Source: Chthonomonadales bacterium (lineage in GTDB: Bacteria > Armatimonadota > Chthonomonadetes > Chthonomonadales > CAJBBX01). Taken from it: DNA of 44,529 nt. Where the stretch lies: assembly GCA_037443035.1 (NCBI GenBank), contig JBBIPC010000025.1, positions 1 to 44,529 on the forward strand, read 5' to 3'. The notes beneath the pieces were generated by a model. That model worked only from the letters and a program-made list of their open reading frames with translations. It did no database searches and was not told where the DNA came from. Both the position numbers and the translations under genes were made by a program. Below are positions 1 through 8,533 of the stretch, piece after piece; within the stretch, counting starts at the first letter, position 1; the number at the start of each line of letters is the position of its first letter.

Positions 1-16
1 CCCGGTCCATTTGTAG

Positions 17-179
17 CCCCTCACCCTACCCTCTCCCCGCAAGCGGGGCGAGGGAGCTAAGGGCAGGCGACATCTGCTGCATCACCCTCCCCGCGTGCGG
101 GGAGGGTTGGGGATGCCCTATGGACGCTCGGAGCCAAGAATCTCACCCTCCCCGCGTGCGGGGGGGGTTGGGGAGGGGG
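17..179. repeat. Cluster of three REP-like GC-rich palindromic repeats
   Basis: Copies at 17-54 (CCCCTCACCCTACCCTCTCCCCGCAAGCGGGGCGAGGG), 84-112 (ACCCTCCCCGCGTGCGGGGAGGGTTGGGG) and 145-179 (ACCCTCCCCGCGTGCGGGGGGGGTTGGGGAGGGGG). Each has a CCCCGC-NN-GCGGGG hairpin core; copies 2 and 3 are inverted relative to copy 1. Confidence 0.8.
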
Positions 180-258
180 CGATCAGCGAAGGACGGTCCC
201 TCGCTTCGACGGGAAGCGGCTCTGCGACGGTATCCGTGCCGGTCGAACCGTTACAACT

Positions 259-423
259 TCAATGGATCGTCAACGCTCCTTCCCCGTATCCCGCGTCAAC
301 CCAGGGGTCGCCGGCGAACTCGCAGCGGATGGTATGCGTGCCGACGCTGAGGCCGGTGGTGTCGCAGCTGTTGCGGGCGACGCCAGCATCGACGGCGCCA
401 GAGCCGGTCGCGTCGGCGTCATC
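259..423 (-). pseudogene. C-terminal fragment of a bacterial Ig-like domain protein
   Basis: Translates to ...ATGSGAVDAGVARNSCDTTGLSVGTHTIRCEFAGDPWVDAGYGEGALTIH*, resembling the 'L-x-V-G-T-H-T-I-x-x-x-F/Y-x-G-D' strand pattern of Big_3-type Ig folds. The upstream part of the frame is not protein-like and overlaps the WD40 fragment. Confidence 0.5.
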
Positions 424-425
424 GG

Positions 426-977
426 GTGTCCCGGTATGCTTCGGATGTTCGCATCCTCGAGCAACTGTGGGAAGTGTCGGGGCGTCTGTGCAGCAAGCGC
501 CAGGCCGCGGCCATCCCCATTCTCCTGGACGGCCGGCGGGCCCTGACAGGAAGCAGGGACGAGACCGCCCGCCTCTGGGACCTGGAGACACAATTGCTGG
601 TCCGGACGCTCCAGGGGCACACCCCGTTCGAGGAGGGAGTCGCGGTGTCATCCGACGGGAGAATGGCCCTCACCCTGGGCTGGGATTGCACCGTGCGATT
701 GTGGGAGCTGGACACGGGGAAGCAGCTTTGCATCCTCGAGGGGCATACGGGCAACGTCAACACCGTCGCCTTTTCCCTCGACGGCGCCGCTAACCACTAC
801 GATAGCTCCAACGATGGCGAGCTCGAGCACGCCCGCTTCGTCCGCGGCTCCGAAGTCATTTCGCTGCGCCATATGGAAGACCGCTACTACCGCCCGGGTC
901 TCCTCGCCCGCGCAGTGGAATTCGATAACGAGACGCCGCGAGACGCGCCACGGGTGGCGAATCGACGCTACATGTAG
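426..977 (+). pseudogene. WD40-repeat protein fragment (degraded)
   Basis: WD repeats DGRRALTGSRDETARLWD, GHTPFEEGVAVSSDGRMALTLGWDCTVRLWE and a partial GHTGNVNTVAFSLDG. About 2.5 repeats is too few for a propeller, and the sequence then jumps to a ...EDRYYRPGLLARAV tail. Confidence 0.7.
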
Positions 978-1045
978 GAGCAGCACGCTGACGCCGGCGC
1001 AGGGCTGGCGCGCCGTGCCTTCCTACCTTCGGGCTACAGCACGAG

Positions 1046-1313
1046 AGAACCGTGAGCGCGGCGGCTAGGCATCCGGCATCCACACTTTCTGAAGATACCG
1101 CCTCGGAGACCGTCGTGCAGCTCACACCCCAAGCACGACTGGCTTCCGTCACGCTATCCACGCCCTCGAGCAGTGCCCTCATCATCGCTCGTTCGTCTAT
1201 AGGTGTTACCTGCATCCAAGGCACGGCACAGTCCCGCCCTTGCTTCACAATGATGAAGCAACGTGTTACCCCTGTTCTTGGTCTGAACTGTGAGCCGTGT
1301 AGCCGGTCTGTAC
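1046..1313 (-). mobile_element. Degenerate IS481-family insertion sequence remnant (left end plus transposase N-terminus)
   Basis: GTG at 1224 gives MPWMQVTPIDERAMMRALLEGVDSVTEASRAWGVS, matching the MPW...ER...L.G.S.TE..R..G(I/V)S HTH start of IS481 transposases. A frameshifted SRRAHGS (cf. SRRPH.S) lies at 1046-1066. Tandem 25-bp imperfect repeats at 1264-1288 and 1289-1313 end in GGTCTG(A/T)AC, as expected for an IS end. Confidence 0.65.
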
Positions 1314-1482
1314 CTATGCTCGCCACGATAAGCAGATATTCCCCTGTGCCACGTAGATAGACCTCGGGGGCAGCACGTGTCTTCGATAGGGAATCGGGGA
1401 CTGCAGCTTCGGGGTCTGCCATACTATAGCGGTGCCTTGGACGCAGGTAGCTCGACGCGAGGCACTGGCCCTGACCGCAGCT

Positions 1483-2598
1483 ATGAATGTCCTGCAGCTC
1501 ATATCATCATCGCGCACTTCTGGTGCAGAGCGGCATATGGTTGTCCTCTCGGAGCAGCTCCGCTTGCGCGGCCACAACGTGACGGCGATTTGCCCGCCTG
1601 GCGGCTGGATATCGCGCCAGCTCGCTCAGGCGAACGTTCCCACGCTCGAGTGGCCTATGCATGGCTTTCGCGCACCGGCGACGGTCCTGCACCTGAGAAC
1701 ATTCATACATGAGCACGCCATAGACCTGGTCCACACGCATCTTACTCGTGCTGCCTACATGGGCTACATGGCGGGAGCGTTGGCCCACGTTCCAGTCGTT
1801 TCGAGCATCCACACGCTGACCCGGGACTGGGCGTATCGCTGTCTGCCTTGCCGCAACCACTGGTTCGTAACCGTCTCGCGGGACCTGGCGGAGATGATGA
1901 TACGACGAGGGGCACATCCCGACCGCGTCCGGGTCATCTACAACGGGACGAACATGGTAGTGCCCCCCGATGACCACCACGAGCGCCTTCGAGAAGTTCG
2001 TTCCGCACTCGGTATCTCGGTGGACGCACTCGTCATTGGTGTGTTCTCTCGAGTAGACGAGTTCAAGGGCCAGCACATTCTCGTGCAAGCAGCCAGTGCG
2101 ATTGTCCAGTGTTGTCCTACAGCTCAGTTCCTGTTCGTCGGGCATGCGCCGGTTGCGCAACAGGAACGCCTCAGGGAGATCGCCCGACGGGACGGACTGC
2201 AGGACCGGTTGCACTTCACGGGCATCCGCGATGATGTGGCCGAGCTCATGGACGCAACGGACATCGTGGCCCTGACATCGGTGACCGAAGCATGCAGTAT
2301 GGCTATCATCGAAGCGATGACCATGGGCAAGCCAATCATCGCTACGCGGGCAGGCGGCAATCCGGAACTCGTGAAGGATGGGGAGACTGGCCTACTGGTG
2401 GACCGCAAACCTTCTGACGTCTCAAGAGCAGTGATCGCCTTGGGTCGAGACGCGGAACTGCGCCGACGCATGGGTGAGGCTGGCCGGCAGAGGGCTCGCG
2501 AGCACTTCACAGCGGACCGCATGGCAGCTGACGTGGAGGAGTATTACCGAGATATCATGAGAGAAGCGCCGGTTCGCCCCCCACGAACCGACGCTTGA
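1483..2598 (+). CDS. Glycosyltransferase family 4 (GT-B fold)
   Basis: N-terminal SGAERH, DLVHTH, then KGQHIL and EACSMAIIEAMTMGKPIIATRAGGNPELV (GT4 E-x7-E motif). ATG at 1483 preferred over GTG 1432. Confidence 0.92.
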   Translation: MNVLQLISSSRTSGAERHMVVLSEQLRLRGHNVTAICPPGGWISRQLAQANVPTLEWPMHGFRAPATVLHLRTFIHEHAIDLVHTHLTRAAYMGYMAGALAHVPVVSSIHTLTRDWAYRCLPCRNHWFVTVSRDLAEMMIRRGAHPDRVRVIYNGTNMVVPPDDHHERLREVRSALGISVDALVIGVFSRVDEFKGQHILVQAASAIVQCCPTAQFLFVGHAPVAQQERLREIARRDGLQDRLHFTGIRDDVAELMDATDIVALTSVTEACSMAIIEAMTMGKPIIATRAGGNPELVKDGETGLLVDRKPSDVSRAVIALGRDAELRRRMGEAGRQRAREHFTADRMAADVEEYYRDIMREAPVRPPRTDA

Positions 2599-2626
2599 GC
2601 CCATCGTTTCCCCCTCAAGTGGAAGT

Positions 2627-3745
2627 TCAGGGCGTGCTCGGGAGAGCTTTCAGGTTGCGTATAGTGAGCGTATTGTCTGCATCGCTGGAGGCACCGGCCA
2701 GCATAGAAGCATCAATGAACACCACTTGGCCAGCCAGTTCTGGTCTCAGACCGCGATCTCTGACAGGTGAATCGTCGGCTGCGTTGAGATTCGCGAACTC
2801 GATCGTGTACGACTTGGGGGAGTTGCCCTCGGGCACTTCGAGGATCGTATTGAACTTGCCGCCACCAGCTTCCTCCACCTGAACAAGCAGCATGACGCGC
2901 TGTTTCGAGGCAGCGGTGAAGGACAGCTTGCCCATACCCTTGAGAGATCCCGGTGGGATCATGCGCGCAAGAGCAACGATGCGTCCAGTAGCCTGTCGGT
3001 AGCTCGCAGCCATAGCGGGCGGAGCACCGGTCTCGCCCTTGACCACCGATGTTAGGCACGTAGCCAGCCACCCCACCTGCGGACGAGAGAATGTGTCCAG
3101 CACGACCTCCTTCGGCCCAATGGCAACCGTCGCTGGCAGTTTCTCAGCCGTAACGTTGAAGTCGTCGAGGAGCAGCACCCTGGGCCCGAGTTCGAGGCCA
3201 ATGAGAGAGGCGAACTGGGGATTGTCTGCCTGCGCAACGAACTGGGCAAGATCCCCGATAGAGAGGGCCTCGATCTTCTCGGGTTCCAGTCGGCCGCTGG
3301 GATCCTTCGGATCGTCTTTGCCCTGGTTCAGTATGAGGTCAGAGAGGCTGATCTCGACCTTCTGCCACGTACCCTTGGGAACGGCGAACATGGCCGTGTA
3401 TCGTCCGCCACCCTTCTCCTGGACGATGAAGCCCAGGCTGGTCGTTTGGTCTGCGCGGACCCAGAAACGGAACGTGTTGGCACCTGCCAGGGCGCCCTCC
3501 TGGGGTTGCCAAGCGAGCAGGCCCATGGCCCTCGGCCGTAAGTCGTACTCGAACTTCAGCGCCCCGGAGCCGTTGAACGATGATTGGGTCGTGATCGAGG
3601 CGCGGCAGTTCGCTCCCAGACCCGTCCACCCTTCTTCGCTGGTATCGAAGGAATGCCGAACAAGTGGGGCTTGAGGTTGAGTCATGGCGACCGATGCGGC
3701 GAAGAGAGCAGAGGCTAGCAGGTAGGTTCGCAATACGTAAGTCAT
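2627..3745 (-). CDS. Secreted protein with two carbohydrate-binding/CIA30-like beta-sandwich domains
   Basis: GGAGGAG RBS before ATG 3745; signal peptide MTYVLRTYLLASALFAASVA. Two similar modules (VQEKGGGRYTAMFAVP / VEEAGGGKFNTILEVP) with an FWVRAD...WQKVEI galactose-binding-like pattern. Confidence 0.6.
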   Translation of the reverse strand: MTYVLRTYLLASALFAASVAMTQPQAPLVRHSFDTSEEGWTGLGANCRASITTQSSFNGSGALKFEYDLRPRAMGLLAWQPQEGALAGANTFRFWVRADQTTSLGFIVQEKGGGRYTAMFAVPKGTWQKVEISLSDLILNQGKDDPKDPSGRLEPEKIEALSIGDLAQFVAQADNPQFASLIGLELGPRVLLLDDFNVTAEKLPATVAIGPKEVVLDTFSRPQVGWLATCLTSVVKGETGAPPAMAASYRQATGRIVALARMIPPGSLKGMGKLSFTAASKQRVMLLVQVEEAGGGKFNTILEVPEGNSPKSYTIEFANLNAADDSPVRDRGLRPELAGQVVFIDASMLAGASSDADNTLTIRNLKALPSTP

Positions 3746-3921
3746 ACCTAGACTCCTCCCGGTGGCGATGCTGCGGCACGCGTACCACCATGCATACGTC
3801 CGGGGAGACATGTGGGTTTCATGTGTTTCGATAGGACCGGCGAGGTCCCATGCAGAATGGGAACTCGGAGGGCGCAGGCGCTTTCTGCGTACCCTCAGAT
3901 TGGAAGCATGGAGGGGCTCGC

Positions 3922-4992
3922 ATGGGCCAGAACCGCGGGTATTCGATACCGCTGATAGATCTCGCTGCCGAGAAGCACCGACAGGCAATCGTGGACAAGG
4001 AACCCGGTCAGTATCTGGGACATCCCACGACGGTACTGCTGGAGGATGGCCGGACCATCCTATGTGTCTACCCGAAGGGCCACGGAAAGGGGGCTATCGT
4101 CTACAAGCGAAGCACCGACGGCGGTCTGACGTGGTCCGAACGCCTGCCAACACCGGCGAGCTGGGCCACGTCCCAGGAGGTGCCGACGCTGTACAGAACA
4201 GTGGATCGAGCTGGCCGCCGCTACGTTCTGCTGTTCTCCGGCCTGTACCCCATTCGCATGGCGCATTCGACGGACGACGGTGAGACGTGGTCGGAGCTCC
4301 GGCCCATCGGGGTTTTCGGTGGCGTCGTGGCCATGGCGAGCCTCATGCGCACCAGGGACGGTGCGTACTTGGCCTTCTTTCACGACGATGGACGTTTCTT
4401 GCGTGGTGCTGGTCGGACGACGAGGTTCCAAGTATTCCTATCGCGTTCTGAGGATGGAGGGCTGACCTGGGGAGAGCCGCGAGTCATCGCAGAGCATCCC
4501 CGTGCCGATCTCTGCGAGCCCGGAGCTGTGCGGTCACCGGATGGCATGGAGATCGCAGTGCTCTTGCGGGAGAACAGTCGCAAGTTCAACTCCTTCGCCA
4601 TCTTCAGTAAGGATGAGGGGGCGTCGTGGTCAGAGCCGCGTGAGGTATCAGTCGCGCTGACCGGCGACCGCCATACGGCTAAGTACCTTCCCGATGGCCG
4701 CCTGTTCATCTCCATGCGTGATACCGCCCACGAGACGCCGACCCAGGGCGACTGGGTCGCATGGCTGGGACGCTACGAGGACATCGTTCAGGGCAAGGAA
4801 GGTATCTGCCGGATCCGCCTCATGGACAATCTGCACGCCTGGGACTGTGCGTATCCGGGTGTGGAGGTCTTGTCCGACGGCACCATTGTAACAACGACCT
4901 ATGGCCACTGGACCACGGGTGAGCCGCCGTACATCGTCAGCGTACGCCTGAAGCCGTCAGAGATAGATGCCAGGCTCCAGTCACGCGCCTGA
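3922..4992 (+). CDS. Sialidase-like BNR/Asp-box beta-propeller glycoside hydrolase
   Basis: Four Asp-boxes (STDGGLTW, STDDGETW, SEDGGLTW, SKDEGASW), plus LCEP and DCAYPG motifs. GGAGG RBS before ATG 3922. Confidence 0.85.
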   Translation: MGQNRGYSIPLIDLAAEKHRQAIVDKEPGQYLGHPTTVLLEDGRTILCVYPKGHGKGAIVYKRSTDGGLTWSERLPTPASWATSQEVPTLYRTVDRAGRRYVLLFSGLYPIRMAHSTDDGETWSELRPIGVFGGVVAMASLMRTRDGAYLAFFHDDGRFLRGAGRTTRFQVFLSRSEDGGLTWGEPRVIAEHPRADLCEPGAVRSPDGMEIAVLLRENSRKFNSFAIFSKDEGASWSEPREVSVALTGDRHTAKYLPDGRLFISMRDTAHETPTQGDWVAWLGRYEDIVQGKEGICRIRLMDNLHAWDCAYPGVEVLSDGTIVTTTYGHWTTGEPPYIVSVRLKPSEIDARLQSRA

Positions 4993-5040
4993 GAACGCTG
5001 CAGCATTCCGGTCACCAAGCCCAAGCGGCAGAAGGAGCGG

Positions 5041-7041
5041 ATGGACGGCGACAGGATAGGATTCGTGCGAAGAAAGGGCCTCCAAAGCCTGGAGATGGCT
5101 CGAGAGCGGGTGAGGGGGCGAATGCCATGGCGCGCCATCGCCGTGGGCACACTCTTGCTTCCCCTCAATGCTTTCTGGTTAGCTCGCGTGGAGGTTGGCG
5201 CCGGTGGAGTCGTCAGGGGTACCACGAGTAACGGTCCCTATCCAAGCACGCTCTCTCTATTCGCCAACGTCATCTGTGTGCTAGTGGTGCTCGGAGCCGC
5301 CAACGGTCTTCTACGTCGCTGCAGACCGGCGTGGGTCCTGTCTCAGTCCGAGCTTCTTGTTGTCTACATTATGCTCAGCATCGGTACCTGTATCACGAGT
5401 ATTGACTTCCTCGACGTCTTGTTCCCCATGCTGGGTCATCCTACCAAGTACGCCACCCCATCCAACGGCTGGCACGAACTATTCATCCAGTACCTTGCAC
5501 CGTTTTCCTTTGTCCGCGACGCCGACGCACTCAAAGGCTGGTACCAAGGTGGAGCCAATCCATACACGTTGCCGCATGTCCGGGCGTGGTTGATGCCGGT
5601 GGCGACCTGGAGTGGTCTTGCGCTGAGCATGCTCTGGGTGATGTTCTGCCTGAACGTGCTCCTGCGCGTCCAGTGGACGCAGCACGAGAAGCTCAGCTAC
5701 CCGATCATCGAGCTACCCATGGACATCACGCACCCTAGCGGGGCTATCTATCGTCAGCCAGCACTGTGGATGGGGTTCGGTGTTGCGGGGGCCATCAGCT
5801 TGCTCAACGGGCTGGCCGTGCTCGTGCCCGGCTTGCCGTCCCTGCCCATCAAGGCGCAGGACGTCAGCGTCTACTTCCCTTCTCCTCCATGGAACTCCAT
5901 GGGGTGGACGCCGATTGCGTTCTACCCATTCGCTGTCGGGCTAGGGTTCCTCTTGCCAGCCGACATGCTCTTTTCCTGCTGGTTTTTCGCCCTGTGGTGG
6001 CGGTTCGAGCGGGTCCTGAGCGCGTATTACGGCCTGTCGGAATACCGGCCCTATTTCCCGTATGTGAACGAACAGTCGTTCGGGATCTACATGGGCGTGG
6101 CGGCGCTGGCCGTTTGGGGTGCGCGGCGGCACTTCGCCGAGGTCATGCGTCAAGCCTGGAGATCGGGTCGTCGAGAAGCAGATGAACCCATGAGCTATCG
6201 CACGGCGGTCGTCGGCGGCACTGTCGGCTTTGCCGCATGCGCCTTGTTCTTCTGGAAGCTGGGACTGCCGCTATGGATGTGCTTCGTCGGGTTCGCCATG
6301 TATTTCGCCATCGCATTGGCGTGCACGCGTATGCGGGCAGAACTAGGACCTCCCGCGCATGACCTTCACAACGGCGGACCGGACTACATCCTCACGGCGT
6401 GTCTGGGCACGCGCAGCATGTCGCCACAGACCCTAGGAGCGCTGACGTGGTTCTACTGGTTCAATCGTGCGTATCGGAGCATCGCCATGCCCTACCAGCT
6501 CGAGGCCTTCAAGATGGGTGAAAAGGGACGGATTCCCATGAGGGGCATAGCCGTCGCGCTGGTCGTCGCAAGTGTGATTGGGCTTCTATCTGGCTGCTGG
6601 GCGCTCTATGCCCTGCCCTACCACTTCGGTGCCGAGACGAATATGGCTTCTCATTTCCCGTACTTCGGATGGGAAGCCTTCAACCGGCTCTCGAGCTGGA
6701 TCCAGACTCCGCGGGACACCGATGTGCCAGCCGTTCTGGCCATCCTCGTGGGGCTGGTATCTACCTTCCTGATGCACTTGGGGCGCATGCAATTCGCGTG
6801 GTGGCCATTTCACCCCCTCGGCTTCGCGGTCTCCGGTAGCTTCTCCATGAGCACCATGTGGCTACCCATGTTCATCGCCTGGGTGTGCAAGGTATCCGCG
6901 CTGCGTTATGGAGGGCTAGCCCTCTACCGGAGGCTGATGCCGTTCTTCCTCGGCCTGATCCTGGGGGACTACCTGTTCGGCTGTGCGTGGCCTATGGTTG
7001 GTTGGCTCATCGGTGCCAACACGTACTGCTACTACTTCTGA
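5041..7041 (+). CDS. Polytopic membrane protein, DUF6785/DUF6784-like (putative transporter)
   Basis: 666 aa with many hydrophobic segments. Motifs QWxxxEKLSYPI, RMRAELG, WWPFHPLGF and RYGGxxLYRRxxPFFLGLILGD are recognised as this family. Start may be 5095. Confidence 0.75.
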   Translation: MDGDRIGFVRRKGLQSLEMARERVRGRMPWRAIAVGTLLLPLNAFWLARVEVGAGGVVRGTTSNGPYPSTLSLFANVICVLVVLGAANGLLRRCRPAWVLSQSELLVVYIMLSIGTCITSIDFLDVLFPMLGHPTKYATPSNGWHELFIQYLAPFSFVRDADALKGWYQGGANPYTLPHVRAWLMPVATWSGLALSMLWVMFCLNVLLRVQWTQHEKLSYPIIELPMDITHPSGAIYRQPALWMGFGVAGAISLLNGLAVLVPGLPSLPIKAQDVSVYFPSPPWNSMGWTPIAFYPFAVGLGFLLPADMLFSCWFFALWWRFERVLSAYYGLSEYRPYFPYVNEQSFGIYMGVAALAVWGARRHFAEVMRQAWRSGRREADEPMSYRTAVVGGTVGFAACALFFWKLGLPLWMCFVGFAMYFAIALACTRMRAELGPPAHDLHNGGPDYILTACLGTRSMSPQTLGALTWFYWFNRAYRSIAMPYQLEAFKMGEKGRIPMRGIAVALVVASVIGLLSGCWALYALPYHFGAETNMASHFPYFGWEAFNRLSSWIQTPRDTDVPAVLAILVGLVSTFLMHLGRMQFAWWPFHPLGFAVSGSFSMSTMWLPMFIAWVCKVSALRYGGLALYRRLMPFFLGLILGDYLFGCAWPMVGWLIGANTYCYYF

Positions 7042-8384
7042 TCCTTGGACGGGATCTCGAGTATCACTGGGTGATCGCTGAGAGTGAGCTGCACGGACCG
7101 AACACGTCGAAGATCGCGTGTGGGCGTTGACCCAACCGTTGGATCGTACAGACGCACTCGCGACCACTCTCTACCCAGCTCGACCGCCACGTTGTCTTTA
7201 CCATGCAGCCGCTCGTCCCATACGACGAGCTGGAAAGCACCATCGCTTCTTTGCAGCAACAGATCATGGACGGTCTCTGGCTGGTTGGGGATCCGATACG
7301 CCAGACGAGCGGGGCGTTTCACTGCGCCGCGATCGGCGAGGATGGTCGTGAGGTTCCGAAGGTAGAGCGCCGACCTACGGGGAGTGTAGTCTCGCCGGAA
7401 GAACCCGAAACTCTGGTTGCCGGCTTCGTCGGTGCGATCTCGCAGGATATACACGGACGTATAGCTGTAGCCACGCTTGTACTGATCCAGGTACAAGCTC
7501 ATCAGATTCAGGGCCTGGAGTTCCTCCGTTACCTTGTCATCCGTCGTGCATCCTGTCTCCGTCGTCACGCGTGCGAGCGCCATGAGCTCTTCCTCGCTGT
7601 AGCCACGGTACTTCCTGAGCCAGGTCGTGCCGTAGTTGCCGTACAGGCCGTCCACTCTGCAGGCTGATGTCGGGTCCGCAGCATTCCAGGTCTTGTTGTC
7701 TTCAGGGAATGGGGAGTTGGGATGGTAGATGTAGTTGTGCACGTTGGCGTAGTCCGCGTAGCGCGTCCCTTCCGGCATGAGGGTACCAGCGCCCTTGGGA
7801 ATGACGAGGAACTGAAGACCGACATTGTCTACTTCGGCGCCATTCTCACTGATGGACCAGACGGGGTAGCTCCGCAGCACCGCATCGTTCTTGACAGCCC
7901 TGTACATGTCGCGTTGCAGCTTCGCTACCGCCATCCACGACGGAGCCCTGCCGCCTCCGGCTTCGCCCTCGTAGGTCACGCCCCAGTTGTTGGGTTCGTT
8001 ATTCCCTTCCAGGGCAAGCAATGTTCCGGCTTTAGCCATCTCACGAGCCGTTGCGATGAGCTTGGACAGGTCCGAGCCGCCGCTTCCGAGACCCCAACTG
8101 AATCGGACGCGCGTTCGACGATGCAGCTCACGGTAGGTGTCGAGAGTAGTGGGGCCATCATTGGTGAGCCCCTCGATCCCACCACGGATCCACCGAAACC
8201 CGCAGTACCGAATCATTTCCACCGTCTTCTCGAGCGGCTGCCCTCTGTCGGGGAAGCTGCTGCACACACCGATGCTATCGAGGAACTCGGCAGTGCGGCG
8301 TGCTGGCACCCCACCTTCGGTGTTCAACCCAATGGCAAGGGACGTTGCGACGAACACGAGAAGGGCGGCAACGATGGCTTTCAT
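7032..8384 (-). CDS. Secreted clan GH-A-like glycoside hydrolase
   Basis: Signal peptide MKAIVAALLVFVATSLA; acid/base motif EGNNEPNN; nucleophile-like TTETG. AGGTGA SD before ATG 8384 (GTG 8393 is the alternative). Confidence 0.7.
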   Translation of the reverse strand: MKAIVAALLVFVATSLAIGLNTEGGVPARRTAEFLDSIGVCSSFPDRGQPLEKTVEMIRYCGFRWIRGGIEGLTNDGPTTLDTYRELHRRTRVRFSWGLGSGGSDLSKLIATAREMAKAGTLLALEGNNEPNNWGVTYEGEAGGGRAPSWMAVAKLQRDMYRAVKNDAVLRSYPVWSISENGAEVDNVGLQFLVIPKGAGTLMPEGTRYADYANVHNYIYHPNSPFPEDNKTWNAADPTSACRVDGLYGNYGTTWLRKYRGYSEEELMALARVTTETGCTTDDKVTEELQALNLMSLYLDQYKRGYSYTSVYILRDRTDEAGNQSFGFFRRDYTPRRSALYLRNLTTILADRGAVKRPARLAYRIPNQPETVHDLLLQRSDGAFQLVVWDERLHGKDNVAVELGREWSRVRLYDPTVGSTPTRDLRRVRSVQLTLSDHPVILEIPSKDQK

Positions 8385-8533
8385 GTGCTTCACCTGTCAG
8401 AATGTCCTATGATGATTATGCCGTACTACCTACACGATAAGTGCAGGTACATCCGCCGGGCAGCCGCAAGCCACGCGTGGTAGCCTTCTCAACAAGGTGT
8501 AGCGGACTAAGAGAGGATCGAGGACAGTGATCA

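Noticed and set aside
95..793. 232-aa plus-strand ORF starting inside the palindromic repeats
   Set aside because: Begins in repeat DNA (PSPRAGGVGEG is translated repeat) and reads antisense or out of frame to the Ig-like and WD40 fragments.
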